Made by a program: the position numbers and the translations under genes. 64,000 nt of DNA from Candidatus Parcubacteria bacterium (lineage in GTDB: Bacteria; Patescibacteriota; Saccharimonadia; UBA4664; JBIOIQ01). The DNA lies in contig OY970378.1 of NCBI GenBank assembly GCA_963718875.1, forward strand, positions 605,373-669,372, read 5' to 3'. Below are positions 50,619 to 60,218 of this stretch, piece after piece (the stretch's first letter is position 1; every line of letters begins with the position of its first letter). The notes beneath the pieces were generated by a model. That model had not been told where the DNA came from. It was given only the letters and a program-made list of their open reading frames with translations, and searched no databases.

Positions 50619-50627
50619 GTCTCTCGA

Positions 50628-51515
50628 CTATGTTGCTTTCTCCGGGTAGGGTCGGTATACATCGGCCCTATCCGGGGGGAGCTCTACATTAACTTTTATT
50701 AATTCTACATCGTTGGCTTTTAAAACCCTTTCACCGTCAAGGACGGCGTATCCTTGAGCATAGAAGCAGCGTTTGATACCAGAATTTGCTATCAGCATGG
50801 CGCAAGGTGGGCAAGGGAAGTTTGTCATGTAAATGTCAGCTTCTTCGAGCGACTCCCCTTTTTTGGCCGCATCGGCAATCAAGATGGCTTCGGCGTGCAT
50901 GTCGGTTGACATTTCGATTCCTACCCCACGAAAAAAGTTCATGCGTATGTCGCCATCAATCCAGGCTGTGTGGTCAGTGGGTTGATGTCGGTTTGAGGCC
51001 TGGTTCAATATCTTCCCGTCTTTAAGAATTAATGCTCCTACCTGTCGCCAGATATTTGAACTCTGTTTGCTCTCTTTGTGGGCTAATATCACCATTTGCT
51101 TGTCAAAATCGGACTCTGACATTGCGTGATCAGGGTTGGCCTCATCTTTGGCATTACTGCGGCGACGGTCCCAACGTAGAAAAATTGGGTCAAACACGAC
51201 GTCTTGATCAGAAAAAAACTCATGGGCAAGATCATGCGAAATATCTTCATCTGGCATAATAATTTGATCGCTTTTTCCGACGTTCGAAAGCTGACCCAAG
51301 CTAATTAGACTGGTATCGGGAATTATTTTCCATGAACGTATGGCAGAGACTACCAGTTCTGGATCGAGAGCCCGTAACTCTTTGCGCAGCCAATCAAATT
51401 TTTTTATGAGAGATTTGTCAAAGACGTAGGCAGCTTTAGCATCTTTGTGCTTAGTAAAAAAACTGTAGTAGCCTTCATGAAGTACCGGCACATAGGCAAT
51501 AACGATCTTGCCCAT
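50628..51515 (-). CDS. dCMP-deaminase-domain protein with N-terminal domain of unknown function
   Basis: HAEAILIADAAKKG...PCPPCAML zinc motifs in the C-terminal half. Confidence 0.6.
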   Translation of the reverse strand: MGKIVIAYVPVLHEGYYSFFTKHKDAKAAYVFDKSLIKKFDWLRKELRALDPELVVSAIRSWKIIPDTSLISLGQLSNVGKSDQIIMPDEDISHDLAHEFFSDQDVVFDPIFLRWDRRRSNAKDEANPDHAMSESDFDKQMVILAHKESKQSSNIWRQVGALILKDGKILNQASNRHQPTDHTAWIDGDIRMNFFRGVGIEMSTDMHAEAILIADAAKKGESLEEADIYMTNFPCPPCAMLIANSGIKRCFYAQGYAVLDGERVLKANDVELIKVNVELPPDRADVYRPYPEKAT

Positions 51516-52145
51516 TTAGGCTTCCCGACTCAATTTTTCAAAAGCGTCCTCAATGGCCTCGCCAATAGCAAACTTCATTTTATTGGTTAGACCAATGTTG
51601 AGTCGGCGCATTTTAGCAGTGGTAGAGGTGGTGGCTTGAGGATCCAACACTATTACTTCACCACAGTATTGCTTTAGCTCGTTTACTTGGTCTAGCGTAT
51701 AGGTTTCTTGAGTTGCAACTAGCACATCTGGGCGTACCAGTTTTATAAGATCCCATTTGGCGGCCCCAGCATCTTTGATTGTAACAATATCTACATGTCG
51801 TACGTGCGTTAGCATTTGGATGCGCTCGTCTTCACTGACAATTGGTCGGTCAGGCCCTTTGCGGGATCTAACTTTCTCGTCGCTGTCGACTCCAACCAGA
51901 AGGATATCGCCCAATGAATGAGCCTTTTCAAGGTAAAGGTAGTGGCCAATGTGGATGAAGTCAAATGTGCCTTGGGTCAAAACAATCTTTAGTCCAATAG
52001 TTTTTAAGGCTGTAACAATTTCGGACAAGCGATTATGGTCACGAACAAAACGTTCGCGAGAGTTTGCTCCAGGTCTAAATACGCCTCCGTTTGAGGTGTC
52101 TGACCTGGTGTCAAATATGTTGGGACTTGATAGGGGTGTTTCCAA
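51516..52145 (-). CDS. Cytidylyltransferase-like nucleotidyltransferase (RfaE-II/HldE-like)
   Basis: GTFDFIHIGH (HxGH) ...GVDSDEKVRSRKGPDRPI. Confidence 0.6.
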   Translation of the reverse strand: METPLSSPNIFDTRSDTSNGGVFRPGANSRERFVRDHNRLSEIVTALKTIGLKIVLTQGTFDFIHIGHYLYLEKAHSLGDILLVGVDSDEKVRSRKGPDRPIVSEDERIQMLTHVRHVDIVTIKDAGAAKWDLIKLVRPDVLVATQETYTLDQVNELKQYCGEVIVLDPQATTSTTAKMRRLNIGLTNKMKFAIGEAIEDAFEKLSREA

Positions 52146-52207
52146 CTAATGTCTCTACCGCTTATGCTGACTAATCAAGAATAACAGATACGGGTGGTTT
52201 GTTGAAA

Positions 52208-53227
52208 CTACTTTCTCGGGTTGGACTCGGCGATAGCTTTGGTGACGTTAATTTTAATGCCCGGACCCATAGATGTGGTCATAGATATGGCTTTGATGTA
52301 TGTGCCTTTAACACTGCCAGTTTTGGCCTTAAGGATGGAATCGAGCAGGATTTTGACATTGGTTAATAGCTCGTCAGTGCTAAAACTAGTTTTACCAAAG
52401 ACTTGGTGGACGATGCCCTGCTTGTCATTACGGTATTCTACCTTCCCGGCTTTGGATTGTGATACTGCCTTGGCTACATCAGCTGTAACGGTTCCACTTT
52501 TGGGATTTGGCATCAAGCCTTTGGGCCCTAGTGTTTTTGCAAGTTTCCCCAGCTTGGACATCATTTCTGGTGTGGCGATAAGTACGTCAAAGTTAATCTC
52601 GCCTTTTTCAATACGAGCGATCAGGTCGTCTTCTCCGACGATATCGGCACCAGCTTTCGTGGCTTCTGCGTGCTTGGTTGTTGGAGCAAGAACTGCGATA
52701 CGGACAACCCTGCCTGTTCCGGCCGGTAAAGTTACGCTTGCTCGGACCATTTGATCAGCTTGCCTAGGATCGATTCCAAGGTTAACGTGGAGCTCTAAAG
52801 ATGGAATAAACTTGACGGATACGGTTTGCTTAGCTAGCTCAATAGCTTCATGGAGCTCATATTCCTTGGTGCGGTCAACTAGCTCCGCTACTTTACGATA
52901 ACCCTTGCCGTGTTTTTTGAGTGGGTTACGTTTTTGCTGGAGTCTTGGCTTCGGAGTCTCTAATTTTGCTTGCGCCGCTTTTTCCTTGCGGAGAACTTCA
53001 GCCTCGGCTTCTTCAAGAGCCTTGCGTGACTTAGGTCCTGCCTTAGTAACGTTGCCGCTTGGTTGTGGCTCTAGTTCGCCCTCTTCATCGGCTTCGGTAT
53101 TGCTTGAATTGGTTTTTGACTCTGAAGTTTCATTCATTTCATCAGTTTTGGCTTCCGAGTGAATCAGTTCTTCATTATCGGCTTGAGTTAATTCTTCTAG
53201 ACCTTGATTATTTTTGGCTTTAGCCAT
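52208..53227 (-). CDS. rplA: Ribosomal protein L1 with ~100-aa Glu/Lys-rich N-terminal extension
   Basis: L1 core from KGYRKVAELVD to the C-terminus. AAGGAG RBS 8 nt before MAKAKNN. Confidence 0.85.
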   Translation of the reverse strand: MAKAKNNQGLEELTQADNEELIHSEAKTDEMNETSESKTNSSNTEADEEGELEPQPSGNVTKAGPKSRKALEEAEAEVLRKEKAAQAKLETPKPRLQQKRNPLKKHGKGYRKVAELVDRTKEYELHEAIELAKQTVSVKFIPSLELHVNLGIDPRQADQMVRASVTLPAGTGRVVRIAVLAPTTKHAEATKAGADIVGEDDLIARIEKGEINFDVLIATPEMMSKLGKLAKTLGPKGLMPNPKSGTVTADVAKAVSQSKAGKVEYRNDKQGIVHQVFGKTSFSTDELLTNVKILLDSILKAKTGSVKGTYIKAISMTTSMGPGIKINVTKAIAESNPRK

Positions 53228-53324
53228 GATTTTCTCCTTGTGGTTCAAACCCCTATTGCTGATAGGGTCCCACTTATTAAGTTTCATTTAGTTAATTTTC
53301 AATTTTCATGCAGAGCGGATGAGC

Positions 53325-53756
53325 TTACTTTTCGACTTCTATCCCCATGCTTCGCGCAGTTCCTGCAATGACCTTAAACGCAGCCTCGGGGGTTGTGGCG
53401 TTAGTGTCGCCAAACTTTTGTGTAGCAATTTCCATTACTTGAGCTTTACTAAGCTTAGCTACCTTAGTTTTGTTTGGTGTTCCTGAACCTTTTTCAACGC
53501 CAGCTGCCTTACGAATCAAAGAAACGGTAGTTTCCCCCTTAAAGCTGAATTCAAAAGTACGGTCTTCAAAAATTTTGACTCGTACAGATAGCATAGCGTT
53601 GCCCAGGTCGCGTGTGGCATCGTTGAAGCCGTTTACAAACTCCATCATGTTAACCCCTTGGCTGCCTAGAATTGAGCCTACAGGAGGTGCAGGAGTAGCT
53701 TTGCCTGCTGCAAGTCGAAATTTTACATTTGCCTTTACTGGTTTGTTTGCTGCCAT
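53325..53756 (-). CDS. rplK: Ribosomal protein L11
   Basis: KFRLAAGKATPAPPVGSILGSQGVNMMEF. Confidence 0.9.
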   Translation of the reverse strand: MAANKPVKANVKFRLAAGKATPAPPVGSILGSQGVNMMEFVNGFNDATRDLGNAMLSVRVKIFEDRTFEFSFKGETTVSLIRKAAGVEKGSGTPNKTKVAKLSKAQVMEIATQKFGDTNATTPEAAFKVIAGTARSMGIEVEK

Positions 53757-53765
53757 TTTTGCTCC

Positions 53766-54302
53766 TTATATTTTCTTCACCTGTAAGCTATCGAGCTCTA
53801 CAGGAGTTTCGCGGCCAAACATATTGACTAGGACTTTAATTTTACCCTTGTTCTCATCAATTTCATTCACTAGTCCATCAAAGCCTTTGAATGGACCGTC
53901 CGTGATGTTAACGGATTCGCCTAAGCTGAAGTCAATTTTGTATTTAGGCTCCTCGACGCCCATGCGCTTTTGGATTTGCTTTACTTCTTCATCAGAAATA
54001 GGAATGGGTGTAGTTCCGCTTCCTACGAACCCTGTTACATTGGGGGTGTTACGTACTACATACCACGAATTTTCATCTACATCCATTTGTACCAGTACAT
54101 AACCGGGGAAAATACGACGCTCAACAATGCGCCGTCGACCGTTTTTAATTTCGATTTGGTTTTCTTTGGGGACAATGACGTCAAAAATGCGGTCGGCCAT
54201 ATCCATTGTTTCAATCCGCTGACGTAAGTTTTCGGCTACTCGGTCCTCGTAACCAGAGTATGTATGAATGACGTACCATGCTTTCGGCTGTGTTTTAGTC
54301 AC
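53766..54302 (-). CDS. nusG: Transcription antiterminator NusG
   Basis: WYVIHTYSGYE NGN domain. KOW GPFKGFDGLV. Confidence 0.9.
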   Translation of the reverse strand: MTKTQPKAWYVIHTYSGYEDRVAENLRQRIETMDMADRIFDVIVPKENQIEIKNGRRRIVERRIFPGYVLVQMDVDENSWYVVRNTPNVTGFVGSGTTPIPISDEEVKQIQKRMGVEEPKYKIDFSLGESVNITDGPFKGFDGLVNEIDENKGKIKVLVNMFGRETPVELDSLQVKKI

Positions 54303-54305
54303 GCC

Positions 54306-54524
54306 CTATCCCTTCAAGATTAATTTCTGAATAATTTGCGAAAAAATGTAATCCAGGCCGCCGATTATAAGGGAGAGAACAATTGAAAAAACAATTACAA
54401 TTAAGCTCAATCGGATAGCTTGGCGACGGGTTGGCCAGGTTACTCTTAACAGTTCAGCCCGTGAATCTGTAATGTAGGCGAATAAGCGCTTCATTGTACC
54501 TTCAATTATGCCAAATTTTAGCAA
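54306..54524 (-). CDS. secE: Preprotein translocase SecE
   Basis: ELLRVTWPTRRQ plus a single TM. Immediately upstream of nusG. Confidence 0.8.
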   Translation of the reverse strand: MLKFGIIEGTMKRLFAYITDSRAELLRVTWPTRRQAIRLSLIVIVFSIVLSLIIGGLDYIFSQIIQKLILKG

Positions 54525-54648
54525 TTTTAAAAAGCCCTGGGGCTTCTTTTCTAAGAATAGGTTAAATCGGGCGCAAAGTCAATGCAAATCCTTTTGGGTT
54601 TTAACGACGATCGCCCCCGACAGGAGTCGGGAACTCTCGTCGGGGGCA

Positions 54649-55341
54649 TTACGGTTTCTCTTTGCTCAGGGTGGTGGTCCAGCCTACTTCGTTGATTTCT
54701 AGCGACCCATCAGGCAGGATTCGCCAGGAGACAACCTTGGATAGCCAGACAGTGGCGCTGGCCTGGGTAATTCGACCTTCGAATTCCTCTTCGACCTTCA
54801 TCTCCAGCCGATTGCCCTTGAGTTTGTAGCTGCCACGGGCAATGTGGCCTTCGATCGGGTCGAAGCCTTCATCGGAGTCCAACAGAACTTTCCGGCAGAG
54901 TCGCCAGCGATAACGTCCAAATCGCAGTTGCCGACGAAGTTTCCTGGTTCGAATGCGCACTAGGAGTGGCTTGATGAAGCGGTTTCCTGTTATTCGTGTC
55001 AACAGTGGCAGCTGGAGCTCGAGTATTCCCTGGCGTTTGACAGGGTTGTATTGACCTGCCCAGGTTTCATCTTCGGGGAATGTTACCTTGATCATGAGCC
55101 ACTCGCCAGATTGGTTGGGGATGAGGCGGATTACATGACAGGGGTAGAAAGCTTCAGTTACTTGTAGTCTGCCTCCAAGACGCATGGCGCCGGTTCTGAA
55201 AACAAACAGACTGTCATAAGCGCCTTCATCACCTTCTCCTTTGTTCAGGTTTTCTCGCAGACCTGCCTCGTCTAGCCCGGCAGTAATCCTGAGCCGCTCG
55301 GACTTGAATATCCGGTACATTTCTGACCTGTCCTTGATCAA
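54649..55341 (-). CDS. Hypothetical protein on a high-GC island (230 aa)
   Basis: ORF with GC visibly above its neighbours. Followed on its strand by the GC hairpin gcccccgac-N15-gtcgggggc (54611-54645). Confidence 0.4.
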   Translation of the reverse strand: MIKDRSEMYRIFKSERLRITAGLDEAGLRENLNKGEGDEGAYDSLFVFRTGAMRLGGRLQVTEAFYPCHVIRLIPNQSGEWLMIKVTFPEDETWAGQYNPVKRQGILELQLPLLTRITGNRFIKPLLVRIRTRKLRRQLRFGRYRWRLCRKVLLDSDEGFDPIEGHIARGSYKLKGNRLEMKVEEEFEGRITQASATVWLSKVVSWRILPDGSLEINEVGWTTTLSKEKP

Positions 55342-55413
55342 ACAACGAGTTTGGCTATTATATGACCTTGGTATCTTGGTGGCAACTCAAGACTGGACGC
55401 GCCATCTTGGATG

Positions 55414-56901
55414 TTAGCGTTTCAATACGCTGACTAGCCAGTGTGATAAATCGGTTTGGTAGAGCCATCCACTGAGCCCTAGCCCTGCCGTGGCTATAAC
55501 GGCCGCAACTCCAATGGCTAGTTGGCCGTTTGACATTTTGGGTTGTTTGGGGCCGACAAAAAAGTTGCGCCGGCTGGGTGGGACAAGGCTACAGAGTTCA
55601 TAGTATATGGCGGTCCAAAAACCAACATTGAAAACGAAACTCAGGTAGCTGCTAACGGTGGCAGAAACTATTAAAACACCCAACCATAATGCTGATACAG
55701 AAGCAAAGTTTGTGATAGAGAGCAGCAAGATCAGCGGTGACGTTATTACCAGGGTAATTAAAGCTGATTCTGTGCCCCAGATAACGATGTCACCGCTAAA
55801 GTGCCAATATAGCTTCCAGCACTCGCTAAAAGCCGTACTGGCTCGTCGGCTTGCAAGGGCGCCGGTGCGGCTAGCTAAAGCCCGGGCGGTAATGACGCCT
55901 ATTGCGAGAAACACTAATCCAATGTTGGTGATAGTTAGGGCTAAGGGTTGAACTACGCCTGTGCCGTCTGGCAGTAAGCCAATGAAATGATATGCAATTA
56001 TCTCAATTAGGAGCAATCCAGTAAACATACTGGCCGCAATAATGTCTAGGCTTATTAGCGACCAGAGTGAATTAACTCCCACCTGATTGGCAAAAGCGGT
56101 GGAGCTACTACGCTGGTCAATCTGCTTGACAATGGCGTAAATAAATTTCGCTTTTATAAAAGCCCTGGCTACAGCCAGTAGTATCATTGCGATCAACCCT
56201 ATACTCAGGGCAACAACGAGCGGCTGGACTGCGGCATTAACTAATGTTTTTGCTGTAGGGGGGAATATCAGGTTTCGAAACAAAGTTTGTTGCAAGTAAA
56301 ACCATAACAGACTGGTGCCCAGACTATAAGCTGCTATTTCTAGCCAAAAATGATGCATGGTTACGCGGAGAGCAGACTTAATCGGATGGTCAGCTTCTAA
56401 GCGCATTGATCTAATAGGTTGATTGTGGCTAGGGTGGTGGGATACTGGTTGGGGAGAAGGAGTGGATCTAGGCGGATATGCGAAGGTTTGAGGTGGTATT
56501 GGCTGCTGCTGCGGAAGTGGCGGCTGTGCGTGAGTTGACGGCTTCAGTACTTCGGTTTCACTAGGTTTTTTTACGGGTATGGCGTCGGTGTGTTTAGGTT
56601 TAGTAGATGGGTGTGGAGTTTTGAGATTTAGTGTGCGTGGTCCTGCGCTTTTGACTCGAGCAACTTCTTGCATTGCAGGCTGTTCAGGTTTTGAGGTACT
56701 GAATACGTTTACGGGCACGGGCAATTTTCTGAAATCCTCTTCACTTTTTTGGAGTACAGGAGTTGGTTGCGACGACAAACTTTTTGATTGTATTGTAATA
56801 GGCTCAACTTTGCGTTCGGAAACACGCTGACCGCAGTTTATACAATAATGCTGAGAATCAATTTCGATTATATCGTTGGAGCTACAGTTTGAGCACGTCA
56901 T
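55414..56901 (-). CDS. Membrane protein: N-terminal C4 zinc ribbon, Pro-rich linker, polytopic C-terminal region
   Basis: MTCSNCSSNDIIEIDSQHYCINCGQ, paralogous to the N-terminus at 12347-13696. About 6-7 TM helices. Confidence 0.5.
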   Translation of the reverse strand: MTCSNCSSNDIIEIDSQHYCINCGQRVSERKVEPITIQSKSLSSQPTPVLQKSEEDFRKLPVPVNVFSTSKPEQPAMQEVARVKSAGPRTLNLKTPHPSTKPKHTDAIPVKKPSETEVLKPSTHAQPPLPQQQPIPPQTFAYPPRSTPSPQPVSHHPSHNQPIRSMRLEADHPIKSALRVTMHHFWLEIAAYSLGTSLLWFYLQQTLFRNLIFPPTAKTLVNAAVQPLVVALSIGLIAMILLAVARAFIKAKFIYAIVKQIDQRSSSTAFANQVGVNSLWSLISLDIIAASMFTGLLLIEIIAYHFIGLLPDGTGVVQPLALTITNIGLVFLAIGVITARALASRTGALASRRASTAFSECWKLYWHFSGDIVIWGTESALITLVITSPLILLLSITNFASVSALWLGVLIVSATVSSYLSFVFNVGFWTAIYYELCSLVPPSRRNFFVGPKQPKMSNGQLAIGVAAVIATAGLGLSGWLYQTDLSHWLVSVLKR

Positions 56902-57165
56902 CTCATATTATTTAAGCACATTTTCGCTTTAAGCGTAAGCTTTTTATACCCACTATGTTTTTTTATTTTCTTTTACGCATGAGGTTTTTCCACGTAGCAT
57001 CCACAGAAAATTAGTGCATTTTCACAACAATCAGTGTATTGATGTTGTAGTGTTGTAGCTTTCAAGCCTAAAAAATGTTTATCAATAAAGCTAGTTGTTA
57101 TGTGTAGGCATGCTTTAAGGGGTCAACACATAGGGTCAACTCTTAACAATATCAATTTATTACTT

Positions 57166-57846
57166 TCAGTGTTTTTCACCTCTTGGTTTTTGTTGCGTTG
57201 ATTTTTTAGTTTTTTTATTCTTTTTGGGAGATTTTGCAAGTGTTTGAGGTGGTGCAATTACATCAGTATCTGGTTGGACTTCGGGAGTCGTCGGAATAGC
57301 TTCTTTTTCAGGTAAAGTGTCTTCATCTCGTGGCTCTATATTAGGATTGGTGCTATCCGTAGCTGGCAAAATCTGCTCAGGCTCAGACTCAGGGTGAGGG
57401 TCATGCTCCAGGCCGCTGTCAGGAAAAGTAGATGGATTGTATGAAACGTTTTTGGCCTCTAATAGTTTCGAAATGCGAAATGTGAATACGGCGCAAAGAA
57501 ACATCAAGACGCCAATAAGAGCTAATATTATTTGGTTCGTGTGGTTAGACGAGTTGTCGTCAAGTGTATGCTGAGAACCGTCGCCTGAAGTACTGATATC
57601 AAGGTTAGCCGGGAAGTCATCTCTTGATCCGGCTGGTTGTAGAGAATTCCCTGAAGATGGTTGATTAATGCCACCGCTGCGGGAGTCGGCTGACTGAAGG
57701 TTGCTTGGTGAGGCTGGTTGAAGTTCGTTTAGCGTGTTAGGATCGGAGCCGATAGTGCCGTTGCTGCTTGGCCCTAAAGAAGCTGATAAGACTGAAGCAG
57801 TAATTGTGCTCGTAGCTATGATAGATATAAATAGACGCTTAAGCAT
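57166..57846 (-). CDS. Ser/Pro-rich secreted/membrane-anchored hypothetical protein
   Basis: Signal peptide, low-complexity region, one TM (ILALIGVLMFLCAVFTF), Lys-rich tail. Confidence 0.4.
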   Translation of the reverse strand: MLKRLFISIIATSTITASVLSASLGPSSNGTIGSDPNTLNELQPASPSNLQSADSRSGGINQPSSGNSLQPAGSRDDFPANLDISTSGDGSQHTLDDNSSNHTNQIILALIGVLMFLCAVFTFRISKLLEAKNVSYNPSTFPDSGLEHDPHPESEPEQILPATDSTNPNIEPRDEDTLPEKEAIPTTPEVQPDTDVIAPPQTLAKSPKKNKKTKKSTQQKPRGEKH

Positions 57847-57939
57847 GACGGTATTATCCCATATGCAGGATGCTCATGGCAATCACGGCTTTTTATGTCG
57901 TCTTGTACAAAATGCCCTCTTGGTCGTACAATCGTACGT

Positions 57940-59244
57940 ATGCGAATTATTTCTAATGAATTACAAGATAACGTTGGTGAATCAGTTACACTTAAGGGCT
58001 GGCTTCACAAAAAACGCTCTATGGGAGCGTTGATGTTTATTGTATTGCGTGACCGTGGAGGCCTGGTTCAGATCGTAGTGAACGGCGAAGAAGAACAAGA
58101 AAAGCTTCGTGGTGCCCAGGTAGGTAGTGTTTTATCAGTAGATGGAATGGTTGTAAAAGAAGACCGAGCGCAAGGTGGGGTTGAAATTCACGATCCAAAA
58201 ATTACCGTAGAGGTGTTGGTTGAAGAACCACCATTAATTGAAATTGATAAGCCAATAGACCACACGCCCGAAAATTTGGATACTCTATTTGAGCACCGAG
58301 TTATAAATTTACGCAATGTTAACGAAACAGCAATTTTTAGGCTTCGCAGCGATGTAATTCGTCATATTCGTGAATTTCTTTATAAACAAGATTTTGTTGA
58401 AATTAATACCCCTAAAATTGTGGCGGGGGCGGCGGAAGGTGGTGCTGAGGTATTTAAACTGGATTATTTTGGGAAGAATGCAACATTGGCTCAAAGCCCT
58501 CAACTATACAAACAGATTATGGTAGGCGTGTTTGAGCGGGTTTTTGAAATTGCTCCGGCTTTTCGAGCGGAACTTAGCGCAACAACTCGCCATGTTTCCG
58601 AAGTAACTATGCTGGATATTGAAATGGGATTTATTGATGGTCACGATGATGTTTTGAGCTTGGTCCAGGACTTAACTTTTGCCGTTTTGACGCAGGTTTA
58701 TGAGAAAAGTCAGAAAGTCTTAGATGATCTTTCTGCTCCCCCGCTAATTATAAAGTCCGTTTTTCCTCGTTATACAATGAGCCAAATACACGCAATGTAT
58801 AGCGACGCTACAGGCAAAGATACCACCAAAGAGCTTGATTTGAATCCGGATGAAGAGAAATGGATTTGTCAGTATAGCAAAGAAAATGAAGGTTGCGAGT
58901 TGGTTTTTGCTACTAATTTGCCCAAGGCCAAGATGAAGTTTTACCATATGGCTAATGGTGACTCGACAGCTAGGTCGGCCGATCTGCTTTTTCGAGGGGT
59001 TGAAATCTCAACAGTTCCACAGCGCGAGCATCGTTATGATAAACTTCTCGAGCAGATGAAGACCAGTGGGATAGAGCCTACTGATCCTGGATTTAGTCAC
59101 TACTTATTAGCATTTCAGTACGGCTTGCCAGCTCATGGTGGGTGTGGGTTTGGAATTGACCGGTTTGTAGAAAAAATTATTGGTTTAAACAATATTAAAG
59201 AAGCAATTTTATTTCCAAGAGACCTTAATCGTTTGACACCTTAA
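57940..59244 (+). CDS. aspS: Aspartyl-tRNA synthetase, archaeal/eukaryal type (AsnRS not excluded)
   Basis: Class II motifs: FRAE (motif 2), GGCGFGIDR (motif 3), QSPQLYKQ. About 435 aa. Confidence 0.75.
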   Translation: MRIISNELQDNVGESVTLKGWLHKKRSMGALMFIVLRDRGGLVQIVVNGEEEQEKLRGAQVGSVLSVDGMVVKEDRAQGGVEIHDPKITVEVLVEEPPLIEIDKPIDHTPENLDTLFEHRVINLRNVNETAIFRLRSDVIRHIREFLYKQDFVEINTPKIVAGAAEGGAEVFKLDYFGKNATLAQSPQLYKQIMVGVFERVFEIAPAFRAELSATTRHVSEVTMLDIEMGFIDGHDDVLSLVQDLTFAVLTQVYEKSQKVLDDLSAPPLIIKSVFPRYTMSQIHAMYSDATGKDTTKELDLNPDEEKWICQYSKENEGCELVFATNLPKAKMKFYHMANGDSTARSADLLFRGVEISTVPQREHRYDKLLEQMKTSGIEPTDPGFSHYLLAFQYGLPAHGGCGFGIDRFVEKIIGLNNIKEAILFPRDLNRLTP

Positions 59245-60104
59245 ATTTGGATTCCAAAAATTGTTCGGGCGGCTATTCCTATGATCAGAGCTATACTAGC
59301 GGTGCCTATACTAAAAGCGGACATTTCCAAGAATGCTTTTTTGAATTGGCGGTTGAATACTACTGAGGTGTAGTAGGATGATCCGGCCACAATGAGTAAT
59401 ACTGTAATAAACATGGTTATAAGCCCACCATAAAGTGAAGGTATTAGTAAAAAAGGCGCAACTAGCAGTATTACGACAATAAGGTAGGCTATGCCGGTGT
59501 AAAATGCAGCTGCCTTAGGGTCTTTGCCGCGCTCGTGCCTGGCCTGTAAATAGGCTGATGAGGCCATAGAAAGACTTGCTGCGATGCCCAGGATAAAGCC
59601 AGCCAGGGTAACTGTGCTATTGCTCTGGAAGGCAAATGCAAAGCCTGTTAATGCCCCAGAGAGTTCAATTAAGCCGTCATTAAGACCCAGAACAATACTG
59701 CCGGTAAACTCTACCCTTTCCTCCTTGATCTGCTTAATCAGTTTTAGCTCTTGCTGCTCTTCTATTAGTAAAACTGTTTCAATGTCTTTTTTCTTGGGGT
59801 GGTCGGTTTCAAACAGCCATTCTCGAATGGACTCAGACATGGCATCTTCTTGCATCTCAAGTAGCCTCATAACGAACGTTAAGCCCAATATTCGACGCAA
59901 AACCACGTAAAATTTAATTAGCCATGGGCTTACAAGGTAGTTATTATGCCCGGACAGATCCGTCCAAAACCTAACATGCTCTTCTTCTAGCTTGGTTAGG
60001 TCAAACAATATTTGTCGAAATTGTTCGTTGGTTTCTCGTTCTGCTAAGGCTTGAAACACTAAAAAATTACGATACTCTTTGTAAGCGATTGCATCAAAAT
60101 TCAT
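59241..60104 (-). CDS. VIT1/CCC1-family membrane protein with N-terminal ferritin-like domain
   Basis: N-terminal EExxH-like helix pair. C-terminal 5-TM region with GLNDGLIELSGALTGF. Confidence 0.5.
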   Translation of the reverse strand: MNFDAIAYKEYRNFLVFQALAERETNEQFRQILFDLTKLEEEHVRFWTDLSGHNNYLVSPWLIKFYVVLRRILGLTFVMRLLEMQEDAMSESIREWLFETDHPKKKDIETVLLIEEQQELKLIKQIKEERVEFTGSIVLGLNDGLIELSGALTGFAFAFQSNSTVTLAGFILGIAASLSMASSAYLQARHERGKDPKAAAFYTGIAYLIVVILLVAPFLLIPSLYGGLITMFITVLLIVAGSSYYTSVVFNRQFKKAFLEMSAFSIGTASIALIIGIAARTIFGIQI

Positions 60105-60218
60105 TAATGTACTATTTCATATCTGGGTAATTTGGTCCACCTGTGATCAACCAAAATCCAGTCCCCATTAACTAAAGTTGCGTGATGGATTTGCCTGTAT
60201 AAATTTTTGCATTATTGC

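Noticed and set aside
54531-54550. Rho-independent terminator between the high-GC gene and secE
   Set aside because: The stem is only 4-5 bp (agccc/gggct) with a 2-4 nt loop. Too weak to call, though a T-run follows on the minus strand.
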